NCBI GenBank assembly: GCA_002633005.1
Contig: NMRA01000742.1
Location: 106,281 to 170,280, forward strand
Direction of reading: 5' to 3'
Source: Phoronis australis
Taxonomy: Eukaryota > Animalia > Phoronida
Length of the DNA stretch: 64,000 nt
In this document: positions 25,001 to 37,400 of the stretch, in pieces
Layout of the letters: every line of letters starts with the position of its first letter
How positions within the stretch are numbered: position 1 is the first letter of the stretch
Position numbers and translations under genes: made by a program
The notes under the pieces: model-generated
The model's input: the letters and a program-made list of their open reading frames with translations, nothing else
What the model was told of the DNA's origin: nothing
Database searches by the model: none

Positions 25001-25889
25001 TCCGGGAGGGGATTAATACATACCGGTACATGTACATGTACTCCTGTCCGTGATACATGTATGTAGGCCTACATGTGTCACAGGGTATTTTAAGGCGATC
25101 ATACTAGAATCTAACGTTTACAGACCGTGCTTAATTCCAGAGCCCCAAAATTCATACAGTGCTCGTTAGTATATTCATTTTATTATTGGGGGCCACTGTA
25201 GAGTTCACATGAACGCCTTTTACTGGAAATTTGTATCACGGTTCCATGGGTTCATGCGAACGTATTTGAAAGAAGATCTTGAGGTATTTGTAAGGCAGAT
25301 GCACGTAAATGTAATTCGTCGATTTGTGACGTTCTTTTTAGCACAGTTGTAAATGATGCACAAAAACACTTATATAATAAAGTACACGAGTTTTTATGTG
25401 GCTGGTGAAATTACTTACTCGTCGTAGCAATAGAGGTTAATAGCACACCTACATGTATAAAAACATGTGACACTGTTCTCTAACATATTTATATCACCTG
25501 TTAACCATTTTGCCCGTAACCCTTCGCCAAGTCTATTCTCTTTCAGGATCAGTAACTTTTTGTGTTAATGCGCGGACATGTGACACGGTTATTACCCGAC
25601 ATCATTACGTATGTGGTAAAAAACACAAATCTACATTTTTGAAAATGAGTACAACTAATGCATAAGTTACATTGCCACAGCGCATTTACAGCACACGGGT
25701 TTCTCATCTAAACTATGGCGTAAAACATATGGAGGACCTTTATCCACAAATCTAGCGTGTATTTAGCCACATACATGTATATACGAAACTTAGATTATAA
25801 CTCAGCAAAAGTTCATATTTTATGAATGTAAAAAACACGTAGAATTTGATTTCTGATTTTAAAACAATTTGCTATTAGTTGTTTCAAGT

Positions 25890-26110
25890 GACTGCGTCTC
25901 TAGTAAAATTTAGTTAATTGATAGAAAAACAACGTTATCAATAACATAAGAACATTTCGTTTGATATAAATGATCAAGATAAAATCTTAATGAACACTTT
26001 GACAATTTTCTGAATTAAGATTTCGTCTTCTGCAAATATGGCTTCTTAAAACTATAAAAGTCCCGTTTTTATAGCTTCTCGGGCAAAGGTGAAACATTTC
26101 GAAACCAATT
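25890..26110 (+). repeat. Dispersed AT-rich repeat (probable non-autonomous DNA transposon) shared with 33770-33970
   Basis: Colinear similarity around TTTCGTTTGATA..AATGATCAAGA.AAATCT; boundaries are approximate. Confidence 0.55.
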
Positions 26111-26617
26111 CTCAACCGCATTTTGAAGAACACAGCACAAAGCATAGTAGCTAAAGATACAGAAATATGATGCTCTGAACAAAGTAGAACTTTTTCCTCC
26201 AGTCCAACGTACATGTAACCAAAGAGTATTAATCTATTTACCCATCTATATATTTTCTAAATCATAATACTTGTTTTAACAATTTTTAAAATTATTTTAT
26301 TAAATATTTCGTTAGATTACCGTATATTTTCAAGACCAACTGCTTGTCATGACATCATGATCGTTTTTCATCTAAATTCACATTCTCATTATTTGGGAAC
26401 CGGAGCCTACCAACAGTGGTCCAAAGTACGCTTGTAAAATGCGAGCGAGTAAATTACAACGTTTCAAAGTGTGCACACTGGGTACTGAAAGGGTTTCGGT
26501 ACTTTAGGACATCAGGATTAACGTGCCAGTCAATTCGAAGCCGTCAATGGGACCTACCAACTTGATCATAAAATGAATCATGGTTTCATGCAACGGTATC
26601 ACGCGTACCAGCTCGAC

Positions 26618-26902
26618 AAATGGGACCTCAGGCTGTCGTGGAGACTTCAAATGGGACCTCAGGCTGTCGTGGAGACTTCAAATGGGACCTCAGACTGTCG
26701 TGGAGACTTCAATTGGGACCTCAGACTGTCGTGGAGACTTCAAATGGGACCTCAGACTGTCGTGGAGACTTCAAATGGGACCTCAGGCTGTCGTGGAGAC
26801 TTCAAATGGGACCTCAGGCTGTCGTGGAGACTTCAAATGGGACCTCAGGCTGTCGTGGAGACTTCAAATCAATGGGACCTCAGGCTGTCGTGGAGACTTC
26901 AA
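26618..26902. repeat. Minisatellite, 31 bp x 9
   Basis: Unit AAATGGGACCTCAG(G/A)CTGTCGTGGAGACTTC, head to tail, no spacers. Confidence 0.95.
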
Positions 26903-29251
26903 AATTACAGGATGTTCTGACACTTTCTTGAGGGAATAATGAACAAGGATCAGTGCACAACCAATAGCAACATCATGAAATAAACACAATGAGACCGGGG
27001 ATATTCACATTTAAAATTACTGTCCAATCATAGCTGCAGTTGCCATGACATCAATTAAATGAATGAGATGCCCTTACTTGGATTACAGTAATGAGAAGAT
27101 CATTACTGGTTGACCAAAGGTCATGAGGTCGAAAATGATGTCAAGCCGATGAATACTCGGTAATTTGAAAAATATGAAGACCTGTCACGTGCCAATTACA
27201 TTAGAAATCAACAGGATTACGCGACCTATAACCGCCTTCATATTCTTAAAGTTTGGACGAGATACATGACTTATTTTCTAAGTTTTTTCTTGGAACGAGT
27301 TCCCTCATCGAACAGAGCGGTCTAAACATCGAAACTTAGATTAACAGGTCGGAGTAACAAATCAGAATTTTAGTGGAACAAACGGGAATCGTTAGTTCTC
27401 AACGTACGTCCGTGACGTAAGCGCAGCCGTGGACGACTGTCTAAGTCTATGTCTCACTAGTTCATGGAGTGAGATTTGAACAGGGTTCGGAATATATGAG
27501 AATCCGAGAACTTGACGTTATGAACAGGATTACAGGGAAAAAATAAAAACATGCACCTATCAAAGCCAGGTGCATACGTAACAGGTTACAGCTGTGTGCG
27601 CAAAACTGCCGACTCCGTAGAAGGTACAGTACGTGCAGTATATCGTCCATAGCTGTGAGGTCGAATTCGGCATTTTACTCTGATACAATCGGTCTCATAT
27701 TAGTCCTTACCTTGATAAGATTCTATTTTTGTTACCAACTGGAACACCAAAACCACCAGCGACTAAAAATCGCCACCGGCGGAGTTTTTTTTGGATCAGC
27801 CAAATCTGAAATTGTGATTTGAGAAAGACGCATATACGCATTGCCTGTGCAGAATCCTATCGCGTTAAAAAGTATAACGAGGCCGATTCTATGAGAGTGA
27901 ATGGCCTAGTAATGCGAATTTCAGTTTGCTAAGCAGGGCGAAGCGTGGCTTTAAACAAGTCAGTTGGTATTCATCTCACTAAGAAAATTCAATAATGATA
28001 AATTCATATGCCATGTCACAAATACTGTCAACTAATTTTCTACTTCTTACGCTTACTAACTGCGCCTTTGCCTCAACGTTGTTCTACACCTTTAGCTTCA
28101 GAACGCACTGCTAATGTTCTTCATTGACAATAGACGCCATCTGTAGTCGTATATTGTTGCCGCATTAACACCCCATACATTTAGTCTCCTACACAGACCC
28201 ACGAGATTGGTTGGGGTCTGCTACAGCGCACTTTTCCATGTGCATTCTTGGAATATCATTGGCTGTTCCGATTTCAAGAAACAAGGCATTCTATTGGTCA
28301 GTTGAATAATAGGTCAAACTAGTTCACCAACATGGCGACTTCCAGTAAGGGAAGAGTGTCGATGGATTTTATCTGTTCAAATCTCTCTGTTCTCGTCAAA
28401 CTACCGCATTTCAAAGCTAACGAGTCAAGGAANGACGTAAGTGTATATGATGTGCGAGCCAATCCCAAAAAATCGTTACAATGGTATGATGTAACTAAAT
28501 ACCATTGTGTTGTCCATGGGAATAGTTTACCACGGCGTACATATATACGTGTATTTTGGCCGCACCAATCACACGAAAATGGAAACAACGACGTTGTAAA
28601 TTCGTGACCAACTTTTAATGTTTCCAAAACAAAGGGTATCGGTTGCACTTGCAGCCATAACATAAATATACATCCTTGAGAGCACTGCAGGTCTGCCGCA
28701 AACTGGTCGCTACAGATCAAGTTTCCGTGATAACACAATTACCATGTCCCTGTTTAGAATTTTGGCTTTTGTTTAAGGTAAAATCTCTCGGACGACAGCA
28801 ATATACAGCAAGTATTGTCAGATATACATGTAAGCCACCACACAAACGTGCGTGCAAATTGCAAAATTAAAAAATGTCAATGGAATCGACCTCTCTAACA
28901 TCAAAGTGTCTCGGGAGTATACGACGGGGGGTTTTGCATAGTAAGCAAAATCGCAGCGAATGTACCTTGCATTAAACAGAGTTGACGTGGAGCTCTTGCT
29001 AAAAGGGCTGACGTAGGCCTAGTGGAGGACCAACATCATCAACCCGGCCAGGACCGGCCTACCAACCAAGAGTCGACGAATGACGACGTCGGCCCGACAT
29101 AGTGATGCTATGTGGGTAACCCTGCCGAAATACTTTGCTTTGATGTTGAGATGGCCATGAAAATCGACCAGTGGCGAAAGGCAGCTTAACACTTCTCGTT
29201 TCAATATGTTACATTGTGATCGGAATGAGCTCATAAGACGCAATGTTGTGT

Positions 29252-29514
29252 CATGCGCGCACCAAGCCTTTAATATGGGGGGCTCGAATTCCTGAATAAG
29301 TGGATCTTTTGCTAACAAAAAAGTGGGAGGACTAAAAAAAAGAAAAACGGGGTACCACCTTCAGAACTGTGCGTCCGCGTTTTTTGGGGGACTTTTGTCT
29401 CGTTTTCTCGGACTTTTTGTTTCTCTGAGGCGGACCTTTCTGCCCAATTCGCCAAATGGGGGGGGGGGGTGCTCGTTCGAGCCCCCCGAGCACCCCTGCA
29501 TGGGTGCGCGCATG
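29252..29514 (+). mobile_element. MITE family A
   Basis: CATGCGCGCACC...GGTGCGCGCATG TIRs, TSD TGTGT. Confidence 0.85.
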
Positions 29515-29882
29515 TGTGTTACTGAATTCCTTCTTTATATGTTACTTAAAAGCTGGCCATTTTTGACTGACCAAAATGTGTAGTCATCATGAAATGTAGG
29601 ACTATACTAATAACTCAGAAAACCACCAACGAAAGAAATACAATTAAGGGATAGATTAGACTCATAATCTTTGTTTTTTATGATTATATATGATTGAAAG
29701 GGTTTGGGCCTAATGCGTGCACAAATATAAGATAGCGAATGGAAGTAACCCCGGGAAAGCTTACTCACCACAGACGTCGATTTAACAATTCCTGGGAGAA
29801 TATCTGCAGACTACTGAAAAAATGGACGGTATCTAGGTCACAGCCTCTTGTGTAGCATAGTATTGTCACTGCCGTGGAAAGG

Positions 29883-30143
29883 ATGGTCACGTTTCGCTAC
29901 AACTGTGCGATTATATCTCGAGTTCCTGACAGTTTTGAGAGCAAGAGCCAGTCTATAGATTTAGCAAAGGCTCGCAAACAGATCGAGGGTTTTTCTGATA
30001 CGCTACGAAAAATCGGCATCGATGTCCTCGAGTTACCGGCGGACGAGCGCCACCCGGACTGTGTGTTTGTAGGTGACTGCGCTGTGGTATTGAATGGAAC
30101 GGCTCTGATATGCAGGCCTGCGAGTCACTCCAGAGTAGGAGAA
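29883..30143 (+). CDS. DDAH1: DDAH-like exon 1
   Basis: MVTFRYNCAIISRVP...PDCVFVGDCAVV...SRVGE; gtgagt donor. Confidence 0.92.
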
Positions 30144-31369
30144 GTGAGTAGTTTTCTTAAAGCCTAAACATTTAAAGCTGCAACAAATCAGCCTTACAAA
30201 CACATAGAAAATTCATTGGTTGTGTGTTGTTTTACCAAAGACGGGTTTACGGCAGCTTTGAAATATTGTGATTCAGAAACGGTGAGTAAGGAACTGATTG
30301 CTACCTTCGGGGTTGCGAAGAATGTCGTGTAAAACGTTCCGTCCATGAAAGAAACCTTTGATTCAGATAATACCCACAAGCGGATTTAAAGGAAGGCCAA
30401 GTGGGCTATGCCCCCCTCTCCTAAAATTCTCCCAGATTAAATTTGGCAGTTCGGGTCTTACGAGCAAAATCCTGCCCAATACTCTGCAGTGCCCCCCTAA
30501 CTCAAAATCCTGGATCCGCCCTTGATACCAGGACGGCATTACCAGTCGTGTCAATGCCTTCCTGGTCATTCTTATACCGCTACTGATGAAATGGGTCTCA
30601 GCTTGTTCATACTTAAATGGGAAGTGATTTCTGGTATTACAAAAATGTGATCGTTCGTTTGTTCTTGAGGCCAAGGTCAGTCGAGGAATAAAATGACACG
30701 CTGTCAACTAGCAGACATTGATCTTAAACATTATCGAGCTGCCAGTTCTCTAGAACCTTAGTAATCACCTGAAATTTGGCTAAATAAAGACGAATCATGT
30801 TTGTCATGAGAGGCTAGTTTAAAAAATCACACTGACAGACATGCCGATAACTTACATTGTACAGTACATGTACTCGACCGGCTGGGCTCCACTGTACATG
30901 CACACTATGATACGGGTTTGTCCTTGACGCATCATCTGTGTAGGACCCCGTAACCATGACATTCACTGAGAAATACCAGGCGCCCAGTTTCGATTTCTGA
31001 ACTATTTGCAAAAGAGCGAGGTCTCCGGGAATGAATGTGTTCATATAAATTAGACGGCAGCTTTTTTTAATCAAATCCGTTTGGTAAACCCTTGATAAAC
31101 ATATAGTAGTCAGAACGATCAATAAAACGTAGATGTTAGTTAATCACGATATGCATTATCGAATGGTCCGTACAGCAAATCTCATCAGAGTGATCTTATT
31201 AACATATAACTAAGTTCGCACCAGTGGCGATTGCTCTAGAGAAGAACTTTTGTATTTTCGCATGATCTTAAACATGAACTGTCCGCGAAGAAGGGATCAT
31301 TTTCGCCAGAAATTAATTCGTTTCCTCACCGTCCAAGATGAAATTTGATGTCAAACGTTCATTCATTGT

Positions 31370-31406
<37 letters not shown>

Positions 31407-34400
31407 GCAGGTAAATAAAACAACAGTAAATAGATCAACAGAAATTTTCTGATATAATACCATCTGTTGACAGAGGATGTTATTATATCCGAAACTTTCA
31501 GTTGATTCATTACTGTTGTATTATTTACCTACATGTATATATATTCTACATTTCGAGGATCTAGATCGCCTCTTTTAGTTTCAGATTTATTTTCTACGTT
31601 ATTCATTGTCATGGAACGTACGTACAACGAATAATGTTTGCAATCTATGGTTTGACAATGATTCCTTCTATTAGTTTTGATAGTCACAGACGGAGTTTCC
31701 GAGTGCCTAGAGTGTGTGAGGCGTGCTATCGCAAACTCCTAATTTTCGGGTAAGACGGAACCAAAACAGTCTATGGCTCTTATTGTGTCATTTGGTAACA
31801 AGGACATGTTGCAGGTTGTTCAAATTTCATCGGAATGTACGCCTCATGGTTATATGTGGCGTTATGTTTTGCGTCCTTTGTTCCCATAATTTTTTAAAGA
31901 CAGCATGGGGACCTAATTTTGAAGAAATTTCTATAAGCTTATATTCGGAAGTTCCCTTTAGCAGGTTTAATTCAACGCAGCTGGGCTCCGTGTGTTGGTT
32001 AAAATGCGGTTCAACCAGGTCACGGCATAGTTATCCTCTGTCTATGATCAAGTGTAGCGTGTGTTCATGTGCATGCCAATGTCAGTTTCTAACATGCTCT
32101 GGACAGCTGGTCTTATTCGCATTTCTAGGATAGATATAGTGTCAAGAACCGTGTAAACCTGCAGTATTTGAAAGCACATCATGTAACGCAAAGCATCGTC
32201 ATATCACCTTCGCCAATTATCAACAAATGGGGTACGGAGACACGTGCGCGAAATGTTACGGAAATGTCAAGCGTCTTGTTAACGTGTAAACCACCGTCCT
32301 TGTTGAAGTGATGCTACAAAATTGCTTTTCAGTACACACCGTCTCTTAACAAATATATGTTTGAGAAATGACGCAATATTAGCTTTACAATACTCTCAAA
32401 GTGACTCACTTAACTGGCTAGTTGTCCATAATTTTATACTAAGTTTATGCAACCTAATTTGAGTTCATGTCCCCACTTCGTTAATCATCAACTTGAGACT
32501 GAGTTTATCGATCTGAAATACAATGTAGTATGGGCGCCGTCATGCAGTGTCTGTCATAATAACGTCGTNCATTTAAAATGATTTTTTCGCGACGCGATGA
32601 GTCATCGAAATAGGCAAACACTGCAATAGGCGTTACGAACAAGTGTTGTGTACCACAAAATGCTAGACACCGATAATAGTTATTTTTACTTCATATTTTT
32701 CAGACATTATTATTATTAGTTGAATTTGTAAAGCTATTGCGTCTGCCACGATGCCAATTCAGCTGTAGTTAGAAACATGTTGACTCAGACATTGTGTCTT
32801 ACACAATGGGTAACGCACCAACGGGTAGGGGGCTATAGCTCCCAAATTATTTCAGTGCTGTGCCGCCCACTGTCTATTGGTGCACCACAAGGGGGCTGGA
32901 GGCCGTAGCTCCCACTTTTTGCAGTGCTGCTTCGTCCATGTCACACGATGCTGACTGCTAATCTCACTTGGGCAAAAATGCAGTCTCTTCAAAAGTGCAC
33001 ATATCTCATAGTTAATGAGATAAGTTCTGTTTCCGGACAGTGATGCTCCCATAATTTCCTAGTTGAACATTTATTCATCAATTGTACATGTATAGCAGAA
33101 GGGCAAAATAAATTTCTGTCTTAGGTCTTTCGCTAAATTTGAATTTTCACTTTAAAACGGGCAATACAGCCACGCCTTTTTATTCTGCCCAAAATGTCTT
33201 TTGATCAAACCCTTACAGTTATAAAACCGGTCCCATATTGTTCCTTACTGAGATTAGAAATTGGCTGGGAAAAAGTGACAGATCGTTGTTGCTTTCGACT
33301 ATGCCATTAAGTCAGTGTACGTCACGACGGGTGAGTTTGGTCGTGTAGGCAATATGTCGTCAAGGGAATTCCAGACGACTTATTGTAACAAATTTCTATT
33401 CAAACAAAAGAAAACAACTCGTAGTAGCGTTGTTTTGGGAGGGCGTAGACGCCTGTGAAAAACTGACGCGCTTTGAGACCCGTGCATAATTTATAGCGGC
33501 TTTACTTCACTCGCCAACATTTTAATAACTGTGAGAACTATTGTACTTCTTCGTCATCATCATCGCCGTCACCGTCAGTGTGACGTATATCATCCTTGAT
33601 AAGACTACCATCATCATACATGTAATTGCAGTAGGTTATGAAGGACCATATCGACATGTCTGAGTATTCAGTCAATATTCTACAAAATATATGTGAAAGT
33701 GCGAAAATAGAAACCATGTAGAACTTGATTTATGACTTTTTATCGATTTGCATAATTGTGTCACGTGACCTAATATTTTGAGTAAAGATTATCGAAAAGG
33801 ATAGATGTATTAAAAACAGAAAAGTTTCGTTTGATATACATGTAAATGATCAAGACGAAATCTAAAAAGGCACCGTTGCAGTTTTCTAAGGCATCATTTC
33901 GTTTACGTTTTATACAACTTTTTGATTTTTTTCATGAAAATCACAAAGGTACTGTTTTTGATAGCCGCTCAAAAGTGGATCATTTTATAAACAATTACTT
34001 AGAGTATTTTGGAGAACTTTGCACAACGATATGACTACATTGAGATATGATGTTTCAACGTTTGCCATATTTAGACATGTCCTAAAACATTACGTTGCCA
34101 TCAGCCATCGTTGACGTCATGGTACGGTGCAGTCAACGCTTTCTTCAATTTTCTTCAATGAATTTTACTGTTGCACTCTTTAGGTAATGTCTCTGGACCC
34201 GAGTTTTGACGAATAACGCAGTTATTCAAATTACACAAACCATTTTCCCTATTCTACATTACAACGAATCATTATCTTTGATCCGCCTACAAAAAATCCC
34301 AAATTCATGTGACGTTACATTCTCTAGTAATAGTCGCTGTTGTCATCAGATATGTTTTAAACATTGCCGATCAAATGTCAGTGATGTCAACTTGTTATCA

Positions 34401-37400
34401 AAAAATAAAATAAAAAATTGTAAAAACTCGTGAACTCTTGTCTAGTTTCAATTCCAAACAATTCAAAGCCAATTAAAATGCCAAAAAGGAGGAACCAGCA
34501 ACCTTAAAAATATACTAAACGCTGTTCTTCACAGATTTCTCCCCAAAACGTGTGTTCGTTCGTTAGACGCGAAAAACCCACGAAAACGCAAGATAACATA
34601 AGACTTTGCGAGAAGTCGTCATGTATCACAAGTGAAGTACGAGTCACACTAGCTTCCATATTGCGATATTTGTGTGCTTACGGAACTCAGCACGGGTTGT
34701 TGTAGACAGAGGACTTCCCATGAGAGACAGGCCAATCGACTAAATTCACAGCTTTTCTGTTAGCATTGCTAAGACTAGCTTTGGCAATATCCATCACCAG
34801 TGACTGCTTACCTGACAAGCATCATTTTTAGAAAAACATGACTGAGTCAATTGACCCCCACATGGCTTCAAATCTATGGGTCAATTTTAGGACCTATGGG
34901 CGAATGTCTACTCTTTTTCGATCTAATTTTGGGGCGCATTTAAATGTGCGTGATTTCATTTGCATCCTATTTACAAAACGCCATTAGTGATCTGAACGAA
35001 ACACATAAATCTACTGCTCCGAGTCGGGATATCCATTTGTGCAGTATAGTGGACCCCATATCGCTAAAATTGCTGGTGCTGCTCTGCCTTGCAGATTTTG
35101 AGTGCAAATGCGCCTGGTGAGACCAAACATTTACGTCACACGAGTAAAGAGCAAGTTGAGAGCAGTTTTATAACGGAACTAGAAATTTAGTTTCTTTGAC
35201 GTAACATGTACAGTAACATGGGTTTATACCCGCTTCAGATACTGCCTTTATGCTTGTCAATATCTAAGCAAGCAACCCCTGTAGCCTCTTTTTTAACGGT
35301 TTCCTTTTAGGAAGCAGTTGTTCGACAAACACTTAAAAAAGATCTGGGTTTGAAGATCGTTGAAATCGACAATGAACGAGCCATTCTGGAGGGAAGAGAC
35401 GTGCTTTGGACAGGTAAGTGCCTAATTTGCATAGCCACGTTAACCAGGTGTGTCTTCCGTAGTCGCACACAGGAAACTCACCGGAACACTTGAATTGGGG
35501 CGATAGAACAGAAATGGTGAATTCTATTTTTTACAATTCAACATTCCTTCCTCCCTGATTTCACTGGCTGCCAGTTTGCTGGATTGTATTGCAGTAGTAA
35601 GGCCATGAACGTACTCGCGAAAATTTCGTCTTTTACTAGTGTGGTCTCACGTGAAATCATCAAGCTCGTCCCGTGCGTCTGCGTAAAGCAGCTCCCATCA
35701 AATTTGAACACATCCTTCCTTGTTTCATGGTCTGCTTTGATTAAGTTTTTATTCAGAACGACATAACAAATCTCAGAGCTTCTTGGAAGAGAAGTGATTC
35801 GATTTAATTATATTTAGGTGATGCAAATTTAATAAGAACCTCGACCCGTTTGTACTTCCTCAATAGACGTGTACAAGTCCCGCTATTGTTTGGAGTAGGG
35901 TAATTACCGCCTTAGCGATATATTCACGGGAATAAAAATGGCTAAAATGAATTCAGATATTGTTTACTCAAAACGGACCAACTTCCAAACCGTTTGGCCT
36001 CTGAAACTGAATTCCTTGTAAAAAGTTCAGTTGTCATTTTCACCTAGGAAATGCGATGAAAATTAGCCAAAATGGATGTGTTAGGCTTCATATTCTCTGG
36101 TACCCGTTGGTGAATGATTTTGGTAACTCTTGAAACCGTGATAGACAATTGATATGCGAGTCTTGATACTGGACAAAAGAAAGCGGAAACAATTAACACT
36201 GCACTGGACTGATATCTGGATTTATCCTCAATTTAGAAATAGTTGTCGTCGAAACCAAACGGGAAGTTTTTTGTCATGGCGAAATGAGGAACCAATGATG
36301 TTGTGACTTTTAAAGACACTCTTTACGCTTCATATTAGTTAAAAATTTCCTAAACCGGATTTTAACGCAAGTTAACAAGTAAAATTCTGTCGAAACGCAA
36401 TCCGAAATAACACTAGTTCAACACAACTCCAAACATTTTCAAACAAATAAATTCAAAATAATGTTTAGTTTAAATTTTTATTTTGATGCTGCATCAGCCT
36501 CTAAATTATCTGACCTTTTAAACGACAGCTCAACTGCATTATGGGTAGGTCTACTCATTCACGCCATACTGAATGACAATTTCGCGGAAACCAGCCCACT
36601 TAAACAAATAAAATATAGCGAAATGTAAGGCAAACACCAAAAGGGACTAAGAGCTACGAAATATTTATATTTTACTGACATCCTTCGGCTGACAAAACTC
36701 ATCCTATATTCTAAATATTGGTAAATGTAAAGGGAAGTGCGTCTTTAAGAAGTCGATCTTCAGACTCATTAGAAAGACAACATTCTTGTTCACATCTTTG
36801 TCGCAGTATTTCCCTTAGCCTCCACTTGATATGCGCTAATCGATTTTGCCGAGGCTGACGTTTCCTTCGCACCATCGGTCTTATTATTCTTGCACGAGTC
36901 CATTCCATGTAATCTATCATCCCTCAAGTAGATCGTCTTTTCTCCCGAAGCGAATAGTTTTCATACTAAAGTTGTCGTTACATAGTACGCGTATGGCTGT
37001 TCTGGACCAATAGAGTAAGCCAACTGTTGTTTAACACTCGTGAACTGGTTGCCATGGTATTCAGCCGTTACGGCTCGTTTACGGTATAATAAATAAAAGG
37101 ATAAACAAACATAAAAGTAGTATACTTTTTATGAAAGAATGAATTGATAAAAGGTAACTGAAATAATAATTTACAAAGCTATAACAGCATTTTTGAGATT
37201 TCATCTTGGAAGTTCATATTCAAACGAAATGTGGTCATATTATTGCTAAAGATGTTATGGCATGAAATTATTTTTCCGTTTTAGCTACATTTTACTAAAA
37301 CACATGGTCACAAGACCCAATTTCTACAACCTTGGTAAAAAATCAAACTACACAAACTTTATGTTCATAAATACCGGCTAAATACACAGATTATTATTAT

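Noticed and set aside
25502-26496. piggyBac-like element (TTAACC...AAAGGGTT ends)
   Set aside because: The termini are too degenerate and the right TTAA is missing, so it cannot be supported without a family consensus.
26618-26902. CRISPR-like 31-bp repeats and three overlapping repetitive ORFs
   Set aside because: Units are contiguous with no unique spacers, there are no cas genes, and the context is eukaryotic. The ORFs arise because the unit lacks stop codons.
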